Below are positions 15,216 to 24,493 of a stretch of DNA of 28,172 bases, piece after piece. The translations under genes were made by a program, and so were the position numbers. Below the pieces are notes generated by a model. The model did not search any database. It saw only the letters and a program-made list of their open reading frames with translations, and had not been told where the DNA came from. Numbering within the stretch: position 1 is the stretch's first letter; each line of letters begins with the position of its first letter. This DNA is from a virus (lineage: Duplodnaviria; Caudoviricetes), in IMG/VR virus record IMGVR_UViG_3300044624_001154, positions 1-28,172 of that record; one strand, 5' to 3'.

Positions 15216-16985
15216 TTAGCGGCGATTACGCCGCAAATTGGTGAACCGTGCGCCCGGTTGTTGCCGGAAACGGTTGTGACCCAACGGGTCTTTGATCTTC
15301 TCGGCCCATTCCCGTTCACGCTGGGCAGCTAGCTGCTTGGCTTGGTCTTGGGCGAGTTGATGGTTGAAATGCCGCACTAGCGCCTCTACAGCGTCAGCAC
15401 GGTCATCGTGGGGCAGTGCGTTAGACACTGCGGACAGGGTGGCCAGCTGCTTGAACAGGCTGTAGCCACTACGTTGTGCGGCCGGGTAACGCTCACAGTC
15501 ACGGGCGTCTTCTTCCACAGCTTCTGGCGTAACGATCAGCGACCCGCGGCCCATTACTGGCGCCAGGGTGTTGATGATGCGCCGCTCCTTGTTACCGGTA
15601 ACGAGGTCTTCGTCAATCTGGCAAGCGATGTGCTTACGCAGGATCGGCGTGAACACAGCGGCAAAGGCACCATAGCCCATGTTCTTCTCGATGGTCACGC
15701 CGTCGATAGGGAACCGAGCAAGCCGCTTGGCCAACTCTTCGAGCTTGTCTTCCGTATAGCCGCCAGGAATACCGCCTACGCTGAGCAGGACGACCTTACC
15801 GTTCAGGAAGCCGCCGATAGCGTAAGCCGTCTCGTCGCCGTTAGCGCCACCCGCAGCAGGGTCAACAGTGGCCCAGATGCTCTGCAAGCGTGCAGTTTCC
15901 TGCGATACGTCTTGCGGGAGGGACAGCTTGTAGGCATAGTCGTGAACAGCCTTCTCTACGATGTGCGTGCTAAGCATGCCGCGCACGACCTCCAACGGGT
16001 ACCGCTCACCGCTACCGCGCATCAGCACGATAAGCTCAGGCTTCAACGGGTACCGCATGCTGTCCGACAGTTCGGTGTTCAGCATGTGTTGCAGTTGGAA
16101 GTACGCCTCGCCCTGGCTCAGTTCCTTAGCCTGTAGCTTCTCTTCGGGAAGCAGCACGGGGTCCAGGGGCTGGCCCTGATTACCGAGCAGACCACCACCG
16201 CTGTCCAGCGTAGGGTTAGCGGACAGCTTGCGCAGTATGTATGGGGCAAGCCGGGAGCCGTAGTAGAGCCGTTGCTTCTGAGTCGGGTAACGACCCGGCC
16301 AGATGCGAACAGTCACGCCACGGGCAGGCAGGGCGTTGTAGATGGACTCGTTGGTCTGCGGAGTACCCAGCCACAAGATGCGGCCGTTGGTAACGATAGA
16401 GTCGAAGTCCTTGGTCAGGTGCAGCAGCTTTGCGCGCTGCATCGGAGTCGCAGAGTTCTTAGAGGACTCAATATCGTCAGCGATAAGCAGGTCTGCCCGC
16501 TTACCTTGCAGGTTAGAGTCGATGCCCACGCAAGCCACAGACGGCGATTTGTCCAGGCCCTTGATGCTGTGATGCAGGTCGAACGCTTCCGTACTGGTGC
16601 GGTCGCCAGCCATGCGGTCAGGTCGCATGCAGGCCAGAACGTCCATCGTCATAATGATGCGGACGATCAGCGTGCTGATTTCGCTGGCCTGCGTACCGCC
16701 TGCTGACAGGATCAGGACGCGGTGCGACGGGCTGTGGATAAGGCACCATACCGCAAAGGCAGCGGCAATAGTAGTCTTGGCCTGAGAGCGCTGGGCCTGC
16801 ACCATAAGATACAGTGGACCGTGCTGCATGAACAGCCCGATGTCCTTCTGAATCTCGGTAGTGCTGAAGCCCAACTCCGTCATTACGTCCTCAAGGAACG
16901 GAACGAAGTCGGAGTAGTGGTTCTGGACAAGACGCAGCCGCGCCCAACGGGCTTCCGCTAGGGCGGCTGATTCTTGAGGCTTCAT
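15216..16985 (-). CDS. terL: Terminase large subunit (DNA maturase B)
   Basis: Motifs AQRSQAKT, GKRADLLIADDIE, LGTPQ, VDPAAGGANGDET and HDDRADA. Confidence 0.96.
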   Translation of the reverse strand: MKPQESAALAEARWARLRLVQNHYSDFVPFLEDVMTELGFSTTEIQKDIGLFMQHGPLYLMVQAQRSQAKTTIAAAFAVWCLIHSPSHRVLILSAGGTQASEISTLIVRIIMTMDVLACMRPDRMAGDRTSTEAFDLHHSIKGLDKSPSVACVGIDSNLQGKRADLLIADDIESSKNSATPMQRAKLLHLTKDFDSIVTNGRILWLGTPQTNESIYNALPARGVTVRIWPGRYPTQKQRLYYGSRLAPYILRKLSANPTLDSGGGLLGNQGQPLDPVLLPEEKLQAKELSQGEAYFQLQHMLNTELSDSMRYPLKPELIVLMRGSGERYPLEVVRGMLSTHIVEKAVHDYAYKLSLPQDVSQETARLQSIWATVDPAAGGANGDETAYAIGGFLNGKVVLLSVGGIPGGYTEDKLEELAKRLARFPIDGVTIEKNMGYGAFAAVFTPILRKHIACQIDEDLVTGNKERRIINTLAPVMGRGSLIVTPEAVEEDARDCERYPAAQRSGYSLFKQLATLSAVSNALPHDDRADAVEALVRHFNHQLAQDQAKQLAAQREREWAEKIKDPLGHNRFRQQPGARFTNLRRNRR

Positions 16986-17275
16986 TGCAGCCCGTTAGCC
17001 ATGTCGCCGTATTGACGCTGCATCAGGTCGTCCACCTGCCCGAGGTCGGCCTTAAGCCGTTCTTTGCCCTGAGCACGGCGCTGAGCCAGTTGCTTGTTAA
17101 GCTCGGCAAGCTCGGCGTTGTCCGTAGGCGACGCGGTGATGTTGTTGTTCTTGAGGAACGTAACGGCTACTGACAGCACCGCAGCAGAGCACTCTTCGCC
17201 GCTGATGGCCTGAGTGAGTACCTTTGCTACGGTAGCGTGTAGCGCACCAAGTTCCTTGTCACTTGCGGTTGTCAC
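16982..17275 (-). CDS. terS: Terminase small subunit (DNA maturase A)
   Basis: GTG 17275 with AAGGAG RBS; LGALH...FLKNNNIT pattern; directly upstream of terL. Confidence 0.85.
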   Translation of the reverse strand: MTTASDKELGALHATVAKVLTQAISGEECSAAVLSVAVTFLKNNNITASPTDNAELAELNKQLAQRRAQGKERLKADLGQVDDLMQRQYGDMANGLQ

Positions 17276-17492
17276 GCAGTTTCTCCTTGACCCACCGGTA
17301 GCCGTCACGGAAACGCACGACGATGGTGGGGAACTTGTCAATGATTAGGAAGATCGTCCAGACCACGGACGGAATCAGTAGCCAGGTTTCAACCGGGATA
17401 CCGAACAACAGGGCGCCACCCACCCCGACAGGCGGGGCGGCTTTGGCTACTTCGATAGCGGAAGCCGCTAGGTCGGGGTGGGGACTAGACAT
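17259..17492 (-). CDS. Holin
   Basis: 77 aa with hydrophobic segments and a basic C-terminus; T7-like position between tail fibre and terS. Confidence 0.8.
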   Translation of the reverse strand: MSSPHPDLAASAIEVAKAAPPVGVGGALLFGIPVETWLLIPSVVWTIFLIIDKFPTIVVRFRDGYRWVKEKLRDNRK

Positions 17493-18937
17493 TAGTAAGG
17501 TCCTGTAGGTACGATGAAGGAAGCGGTGTGCCGTGCGACACCCGATAGAACTTCTAGATGGTCGAGGTTACCGTGAAAGCCGGAAGTACCAGACAGCAGG
17601 ATTGCGGAGCCCACTGTCAGGCGGTTTGCCGAGGACGTATCCCCGTAGGTGATGTTGTGGTTACAGGCTGCCGTACCTACTAGCTGCCCGTCTATGAACA
17701 AGTACATGATTCCAGCAGCGCGGCTGGCTTCGATGTGGCTCCACTTCCCTAGGGTCAACGGCGTAGGTGAGTACACCCCGATGCCGCCCGTGTGGGTAGT
17801 GGCAATCTCAAAGCCCACGTGCCCGGATGGGAGTAGCTGTACGCCCCACGCTGGCCACGACAAGCCGAAGTTCCAATCCTTGCCGAAGATGGCGCGAGGA
17901 ACACCGAACGAGTCGGGACGCACGAACATGGAAAGGGTGAAGTCTCCAGTGCCAAAGCGCATTGCCGGGTTGTCTGGAATGTTCAGGACTGACGGCCCGT
18001 TCTCCTTACGGAGAGAGCCAACACCGAACACCTTGGGGTGATGCTGCTGTACAGGCGGGGCGTTAAATGGCGCCGCAGTTATTGGCAGGTTAAGTGGCCC
18101 ACTGTCCACAAACACGCTGCTGTTGTTACTACCGTCAAACTGCAAGAACAGTGTACGGTAATTGAGCAGCGGATCAGGCGTTGCAAAGTAGCACTGCCCG
18201 CGGGCAGCGTAGCCTTGCAGGGCAACTTCTGTGGGAGTCAGCGCTCTCGGGTACACAGCCAATTCGCTAAGGCGACCATTGAACGCCGTAGTGCTGGCGG
18301 CGACACCATTTAGGGTCGGGTGGCCAAACGACCACGGGAACCCGGTTGTCGGAACGCTGAACGTGATGAACGTCGAGGCCACCAGTTCGCCGTTAACGTA
18401 CAGCGCACACTGCCCTTGGGCGTTGTACGTCGCATGGATCATGTACGTTGTGCCCGATGTGAGCGGTTGCGTTTGCAGCGTGGTGAACGTGAAGAACGTC
18501 GTGCCAGGACTAATGCGGAACTCTACGCGGCGAGTGGCTGGAATGTATGCCAGCACCAACGGGAAGTCGGTTGGCGTACTGGCCGGGTAGTTACCCTTGA
18601 TGGCCAGATGACACAGGCCATCCGTCCCGTGCCCTGACGCCTCTGGCGTTACGAGCACAGCAACAGTGCAGGCGTCCACGTAGTTCGTAGTGCTGCCCAC
18701 TACCCGCCCTGGGTTACTTGCACCGCCAAATGCACCAGCGCGCCCACCGGGGACTGCACCGGCACCGGTCAGGTTTAGGGTAACGTTGGACACCGCGGCT
18801 ACACCGGCAGCACTACCGGAGTTAGCGTCTGACGCTAGGCGGTACCACAGGTCGGGTAAAGCTGTGCCTACTTCCACAGAGAAGGGCGGGCAGGCTGGCC
18901 CGCTGCTACCTCGAATAGCTGGACCAAGCCACCACAT
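17492..18937 (-). CDS. Tail fibre / receptor-binding protein with two LamG (ConA-like) domains
   Basis: Motifs LYVNG...FNGRLSELAVYPRALT and FGTGDFT...WSHI...LFIDG...GVARHTASF. Confidence 0.82.
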   Translation of the reverse strand: MWWLGPAIRGSSGPACPPFSVEVGTALPDLWYRLASDANSGSAAGVAAVSNVTLNLTGAGAVPGGRAGAFGGASNPGRVVGSTTNYVDACTVAVLVTPEASGHGTDGLCHLAIKGNYPASTPTDFPLVLAYIPATRRVEFRISPGTTFFTFTTLQTQPLTSGTTYMIHATYNAQGQCALYVNGELVASTFITFSVPTTGFPWSFGHPTLNGVAASTTAFNGRLSELAVYPRALTPTEVALQGYAARGQCYFATPDPLLNYRTLFLQFDGSNNSSVFVDSGPLNLPITAAPFNAPPVQQHHPKVFGVGSLRKENGPSVLNIPDNPAMRFGTGDFTLSMFVRPDSFGVPRAIFGKDWNFGLSWPAWGVQLLPSGHVGFEIATTHTGGIGVYSPTPLTLGKWSHIEASRAAGIMYLFIDGQLVGTAACNHNITYGDTSSANRLTVGSAILLSGTSGFHGNLDHLEVLSGVARHTASFIVPTGPY

Positions 18938-19644
18938 TAGCGGAAGTCCTTAAGCAGGCTGCATGCCCAAATGTCGAGGTCGTAGTTGTACTGTGCAACC
19001 AGCAAGTCCACTGCGCCAGCGTCCGTACTCAGTGCAGGGGGCACGCCGCCCGGCCACTTGTACTTACCGCTGTAGGTCAGAGATTTGCCACCACCGACAC
19101 CCTGCTTGATGAAGATGTTAATGACCATGCCATCCCGGCGGTTGTCGGGATTGTTCAGCAGGCGGTTTCCTTCCAGCGTTACCTGGAAGTTGTTGGACAA
19201 GGCTGCGTCAATGTCGATCTGCGCAGCGTCTGTAAGGGTAACCGTCCCAACGCTCTGGTTGCCTTGGAAGCTGTTGCCGCCAACAAGCTCTGCAAACCCC
19301 GAGGGTGCCACAATATCTTGCAGCTGGTCGAAGACTTCGCCGCAGAACAGCAGGGCCTGTCGAGCCGCTGTGTCTAGGGCTTTCTCGTCGTAGTTGGTGT
19401 CTTCAAGAAACTTGGTGAGGGTAACCTTGGGCGTTTCTCGCCGCACGGTTACGATAGCGCCGGCTACAGCCGTCACGGATACCGACCCAGCACTGGCCAG
19501 GGTGGCCGTGCTGGTGGTAACGTTGCCTGCAACCTCTACGTCAACCTTGATGTGAGCCGGGTCGAGATACCCGCCAACAAAGTTGAACGGATAGGTAACA
19601 GTACCCCCAGCGTGGAGGTACTGCACTTTGGTCAGATAAGTCAT
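18937..19644 (-). CDS. Short tail fibre adaptor with a T7 gp17-like N-terminal domain
   Basis: Motifs YPFNFVGGYLDPAHIKV, VTVRRETPK and LDTAARQAL; first gene after internal virion protein D. Confidence 0.85.
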   Translation of the reverse strand: MTYLTKVQYLHAGGTVTYPFNFVGGYLDPAHIKVDVEVAGNVTTSTATLASAGSVSVTAVAGAIVTVRRETPKVTLTKFLEDTNYDEKALDTAARQALLFCGEVFDQLQDIVAPSGFAELVGGNSFQGNQSVGTVTLTDAAQIDIDAALSNNFQVTLEGNRLLNNPDNRRDGMVINIFIKQGVGGGKSLTYSGKYKWPGGVPPALSTDAGAVDLLVAQYNYDLDIWACSLLKDFR

Positions 19645-19667
19645 GTTGTTCCTTGCCTGGCTTGCAG

Positions 19668-19684
19668 GCTGTTATACCGGTACT
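19668..19684 (-). promoter_or_regulatory. Putative phage RNA polymerase promoter
   Basis: Exact 17 bp match to 11642-11658; intergenic and upstream of the tail fibre, like T7 phi17. Confidence 0.7.
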
Positions 19685-19689
19685 GATAC

Positions 19690-22600
19690 TCAGTCGGCCA
19701 TGTGGTTTATGAGTACCTTGAACATAGGCAGGTTGGAGAAGGGCATAGCCTTCAGCAGCTGGTGCGGATCAGTGCCGTCACGGGTGTTTTGCACACCCTT
19801 CCAAACGTCATCGACCAGCCCAGCAGCCGGAAGCACTACGCTACCCACGAACTCTTGGCCACCACTATTGCGGCCACCTTGCGGAGCCCCTACGCCGCTG
19901 ACGGCAGAGAGGGCGTCGATAAAGTCACCAGCCAGACCAGACGTAGCGATGTAGTTCATGGACGCACGGCCCAGAACGTCCCACTCAGTCTGCTTCTTGA
20001 TGTACTCTTCGCGGTCAGGGCGACCGGCGCTCATGGCATACACCCGCGCCAAGTGGATCGGGATAGCAATGCTCATAGCGCCCAGCGTCATGGCCAGAGC
20101 CGTGTAGATGCCACGGCTGGCACGCTGGCGGCCCCATTGCTTCTCAACCGCAGTGATGCTAAACGTGCGGAACTGCGACAGTAGCCGCAGCCAACCGTCA
20201 TGTGCCCACTTGCCAGTCTCACCGATGAAGGTGCCCTGAATCATCTGAGCACTGCCGCGATGAACGGCCTCGATGAAGGCACGCCCATCGGCGGGGTCCA
20301 GCTTAGTAACGTCGAAACTGGCGAGCCTACCACCTTCCCAGGTGGCTGCCGTGTCAAGCTGCATCTGGATGCGGTTACGCAGCGCCTCATTGATCCCCAT
20401 GTCGTCCAGGGCCTTGCTCTCCGCACCGTCACGGATGTAGCGCAACGCCTTATGCACAATCTGCTCAGCGGCCCCGCGTTGCTGGACACTGTGGATAGTG
20501 CGCCAGAACGAGAGCTTGCCTTGCAGGTGGCTACCACCCCGCAGCAGGCGGTCAAACACCGTGATCGTGTCGCCGGTGTTGATCTGATACTGCAAGTCCG
20601 GACGGTCAAACGGGAAGACCATCTTGTACGCATCGGTACCGAACTCGGCGCCGCCCATAAACTCCAGACTGTTGAGGATGGGGTTGTCTACAGCCTGCCC
20701 TTTAGCCAGCGCCTTGACCTCCTTACGCAGCCGCATAGCGTCACCGATTGAGGATAGCGTGCGCCACGCCCCAACGTGCATTGCCATGTTGATGTACTCG
20801 GCAAACTGCGTAATGCCCATACCACCCAGCCGTGCCAGGGAGTTAAGCTGTTGCAGCCGGTCCATCGCCTTGTTAGCTTGGCCGAACGGGTCGCCCAGGA
20901 ACTCGGCAGCCACTTGGTCGAACGCCCCCACTTCTTTGGGCTGCACCTTGCCGTTAGTGTCACCGAAGTCGAGCGCCTTGCGTAGCACCTTCAGGCCGGG
21001 TCGGCCCATGATACCGTGACGCGCCAAGGCGACTTCCCCGCTAACCCGACCAACCTGCTGACGGACAAGGCCCAGCTGATCGGTTTCGTACAGGTCCAGC
21101 AAGCGGAATGTGCCGCCAGCGCCGTCGTTGTACTCCTTGAGCAGGTCCAAGTTGAGCCGCTTCTTGGTATGGCTTGCGCCACCCTTTGTGTAGCGGTTCA
21201 TCTGCGCGGCCACTTCGTCCTCCGACATTCCCATGTCTTCCAGAGCCCTGCGGATAAGCTCAGCAGCGCCGGTGTCCTGCGCCCCAAGCGGGGCGTTGTA
21301 ACCACCGTTTGCACGGGTGCGAATAGCGTCCAGGTACTTGGATGCAAGGTTAGCACTGAAGCTAAGGTCCCAGCCCTCTACCGTCACGAACTGGTCCACT
21401 AGCGCACTGTGGATGGCCTGCTCTTGCGGCTGCGTCAGGTTACGCAGCTTGGCAGGGCTCATGCGGTGCGGCATGTAGCCAGCGGACGTTTCCGGCAGGG
21501 CTGCATAGCCCAGGGTCTTGGCGTTGATCTGAGCATGGCGCATGCGCTCCCAGACGCCCTGCATGCGCAGTGCGGCGTTCTGAATATGCACGTTGTCGCT
21601 AGGCTGGCGGCCGGTGCGAATAGACTCGATGTGCTCGGCTACGGCTACGTTAAACCGGTCCCACGCTTCAGGCTTTAGCCAACGCTCATGCAGACTGTAC
21701 CCGGCAGCAGTTGCCCACTGACCAAAGTTGTCCTGCAACTCGTTGACGATGTTGCCCATCAGCTTGCGCTCAACCAAGTGCTTGGCCAGTGCAGCGGTGC
21801 TGTGACGACCGGTAGCGCCAGTAGTGCTTTCCAGCAGTTCGTGGGCGATCATGCGGGCCACAGGGTTCTGCGACTTCAGCAGCAGTAGGCCGGTAGACCC
21901 CAGCTGCACCAAGTTGTTGTCGGTGAGGCTACTGACAAACTTCGGGTCGATGTTGTTCCACGGGGCGTCAGCGTTACTTGCACGCTCGTAGAGTTCAATC
22001 ATCGCCTTCTTCTCTGCCCGCTGCATCGGCGTTGCTTCTGGCATCAGGTTGATACCATACCGAGATTCGTCAAAGCCGGTAGCTTGTGCCTCTCTCGTCA
22101 CAACCTCAATATCTCGGTCTGGGGCCAAGCCAGCAGCAACACGGGCTTGCTTAGTTTCCTCCGCACGGTTAACCTTTCGGATAGCCTCAAAGATTTCCAC
22201 CAGTCGCGTGTCAGGGGCGATCAAATCGTTCTTCATGGCGTAGTCGTAGATCGACTTAACCATCTTGAACATACGGTTCACAAAGTCTACCAGTGGGGCA
22301 GGCATGGCCACTGGGGCCCACTTCTTGTTGTTACCGCTAACGGAGGCTTCGATGTACTTGGCAAATCCCTCGGCCAGCATTTCATCGGCGTTGGGCGTAT
22401 ACGTGCGGGCAGATTTCTCGACTCTGCGCAGAGTCGGTGTGACCTTGTTACCAAGCTGGTCAAACGCACCGCGCATGATGTCAAACATCGTGGTGCCTGC
22501 CTTGTCAGCTGCGGGATTCCATACCACTTGGGGAGTGTAGGGCGAGGACACTGCGCCGCGCATAAGGGCAGCCTTCTTCGGGTCGCCTGCAACGTACAGT

Positions 22601-24486
22601 TCCCGGAACTCCTTAAGGAAGCTCTCCAAGCGTGCGCCCATGCGGTCTGCCACCTTGCCCCACTGAGTCATCATCACAGCGTGCCCGATTTCGTGTAGCA
22701 GCGTCTGCATTGCGCGGGGTTGGTTAACGTCTAGCTTCACCAAAACCGTGCCCTTGCCCAGGGGCGTAGCAGACCCGTAGATTCCCACATCCTTGGAGTC
22801 AGTCCGGGTCAGTAGGATTTGCATGTCCTTGCCGAACGTGCGTTGCAACCAGCCGGCGGTATCTACGAACTCCTTGGGAATGTCCACCGTAGTACGAATA
22901 CCGGGAACCCCGGCGCGTACCTCGTCAGGATCGAAGCCCAGGTACTTCAACTTATCGTCTACACGAACCTGCTCACCGTCCCAGCGAATAAGCCGTTCAC
23001 GGTCGAGGTCAAGAACACCGTAGCCGCCCGGCAGCATTTCTGGCGCGGTGTCGTCGGAGATACCATCAACCGCCGACTTGCGGGACACCACTTCGATTTC
23101 CCCGCTCAGTGCTGCGTTAACGTCTTCACTCAGGAGCCTACGGCTTGAGTCCACAGGGGCAGTAGACGTATTGATTTGACCTGCGATCTCTTCGGATTCT
23201 AGCCGGCTAATCTCAGCGCGCAGCTGCTCAGGCGTTGCCGCAGGGCCCAGGTTAGCTTCCGCTTGGCGGGCCATAGCAACTTGGCGCTCGATGGCAGCTG
23301 CACGGGTACGGACCTCCAGGGCGGTCGCAGCGTCCCGCAACTTGAACGGCGCGTCCAGTCCGAACGCCAGCGTACCGGCACCGGCAGCAAATGCGTAGTC
23401 CATAACAGACACTCGGTGCGTCAAGGCGTCTTCCAGCGCGGTGGTCAGGATGTTACCGCCAACGTTCTCCACCGCAGACAGTGCCACGGCGCGCTGGGTG
23501 TTGCCCGCCGCGGCTGCCATGCGGCTACCGTAACCGGCCAAGGACATAGTACGGGCAACTCCCGCACCAGTAACCACTGCCTCCGGCAAGCCAGCAAACA
23601 CGCCAGCAGCCAGGGCAAACCACGGCCCGTTAAGACCCGCCCGCCGCATGCTTTCCTTCTCGGCGTCTACCTCGAACAGGTAGCGCTCCATGTCTTTCTC
23701 GTTAGTTGCAGACAGTACATGAGCCGCCTGATCGACCGTAAGGCCCACCAGCTTTTCTTCAGGCACTTTGAAGCCTGGGGTAGGCGGGTTGCTCTCGCGG
23801 GTCAGCAGAGTCATGATGGCCGCGCTAAGCCCGGAACTCTGGAAGATTTCACGGCTAGTGTCGAGGAAGCCCGTTTCTTGGCGCTCCTTTTCGGCTGCCT
23901 GTGCGGTAGCCTGATCCTTTACTGCCTGTGCTTCAAACTCTCCCGGCGCTTGACCAGGGCCAGAAACAGACCGCAGAAACCCGATGGCGGTAGCCGCAGC
24001 TGCCGTCTTAGGCATGCCGCTACCGTCCCCCTTTCGTTCCAACTTGGCCGGCATCTTGCCGTCATCAGCCTGCAAGCCGGGCGTGTACTCCGGCACATCA
24101 GTAGCCAGCACCTTACTGGCGTAGGCTTGCGTCTCGGGGTTGTTCCAACGCTTGCGGTCTGGGCCTGCGTTGTATGCCCGCAGAGCGTCCGCGATGTTGC
24201 CTTCACGGGCCAGATCGTCCTTGATGTGTTCAGCGGACATAACCAGACTGTCGTAGAAGTTGGAGGCATCGAACTTGCGTCCGAGCTTCTTCTCCAGTAG
24301 TTGCTGCGTTGCGGGCATGATCTGGAAATCGCCCACAGCACCGGCGCGGGATGGGCCCTTATTCGTGCCCCGCCCAGACTCCACGCGCCAAATACCATCC
24401 AACACCGACGGGGGCACGCCAGCGTACTCTGCTGCTTTCTTGATGGCGTCAGCAGGGGCCAGTTTCTTGAGGTCGTCGATGTTCAT
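19690..24486 (-). CDS. Internal virion (ejectosome) protein D with an N-terminal lytic transglycosylase domain
   Basis: 1598 aa; SLT motifs VESG, GDFQIMP and AYNAG; C-terminal QFRTF; expected synteny. Confidence 0.92.
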   Translation of the reverse strand: MNIDDLKKLAPADAIKKAAEYAGVPPSVLDGIWRVESGRGTNKGPSRAGAVGDFQIMPATQQLLEKKLGRKFDASNFYDSLVMSAEHIKDDLAREGNIADALRAYNAGPDRKRWNNPETQAYASKVLATDVPEYTPGLQADDGKMPAKLERKGDGSGMPKTAAAATAIGFLRSVSGPGQAPGEFEAQAVKDQATAQAAEKERQETGFLDTSREIFQSSGLSAAIMTLLTRESNPPTPGFKVPEEKLVGLTVDQAAHVLSATNEKDMERYLFEVDAEKESMRRAGLNGPWFALAAGVFAGLPEAVVTGAGVARTMSLAGYGSRMAAAAGNTQRAVALSAVENVGGNILTTALEDALTHRVSVMDYAFAAGAGTLAFGLDAPFKLRDAATALEVRTRAAAIERQVAMARQAEANLGPAATPEQLRAEISRLESEEIAGQINTSTAPVDSSRRLLSEDVNAALSGEIEVVSRKSAVDGISDDTAPEMLPGGYGVLDLDRERLIRWDGEQVRVDDKLKYLGFDPDEVRAGVPGIRTTVDIPKEFVDTAGWLQRTFGKDMQILLTRTDSKDVGIYGSATPLGKGTVLVKLDVNQPRAMQTLLHEIGHAVMMTQWGKVADRMGARLESFLKEFRELYVAGDPKKAALMRGAVSSPYTPQVVWNPAADKAGTTMFDIMRGAFDQLGNKVTPTLRRVEKSARTYTPNADEMLAEGFAKYIEASVSGNNKKWAPVAMPAPLVDFVNRMFKMVKSIYDYAMKNDLIAPDTRLVEIFEAIRKVNRAEETKQARVAAGLAPDRDIEVVTREAQATGFDESRYGINLMPEATPMQRAEKKAMIELYERASNADAPWNNIDPKFVSSLTDNNLVQLGSTGLLLLKSQNPVARMIAHELLESTTGATGRHSTAALAKHLVERKLMGNIVNELQDNFGQWATAAGYSLHERWLKPEAWDRFNVAVAEHIESIRTGRQPSDNVHIQNAALRMQGVWERMRHAQINAKTLGYAALPETSAGYMPHRMSPAKLRNLTQPQEQAIHSALVDQFVTVEGWDLSFSANLASKYLDAIRTRANGGYNAPLGAQDTGAAELIRRALEDMGMSEDEVAAQMNRYTKGGASHTKKRLNLDLLKEYNDGAGGTFRLLDLYETDQLGLVRQQVGRVSGEVALARHGIMGRPGLKVLRKALDFGDTNGKVQPKEVGAFDQVAAEFLGDPFGQANKAMDRLQQLNSLARLGGMGITQFAEYINMAMHVGAWRTLSSIGDAMRLRKEVKALAKGQAVDNPILNSLEFMGGAEFGTDAYKMVFPFDRPDLQYQINTGDTITVFDRLLRGGSHLQGKLSFWRTIHSVQQRGAAEQIVHKALRYIRDGAESKALDDMGINEALRNRIQMQLDTAATWEGGRLASFDVTKLDPADGRAFIEAVHRGSAQMIQGTFIGETGKWAHDGWLRLLSQFRTFSITAVEKQWGRQRASRGIYTALAMTLGAMSIAIPIHLARVYAMSAGRPDREEYIKKQTEWDVLGRASMNYIATSGLAGDFIDALSAVSGVGAPQGGRNSGGQEFVGSVVLPAAGLVDDVWKGVQNTRDGTDPHQLLKAMPFSNLPMFKVLINHMAD

Positions 24487-24493
24487 AGTTTCC

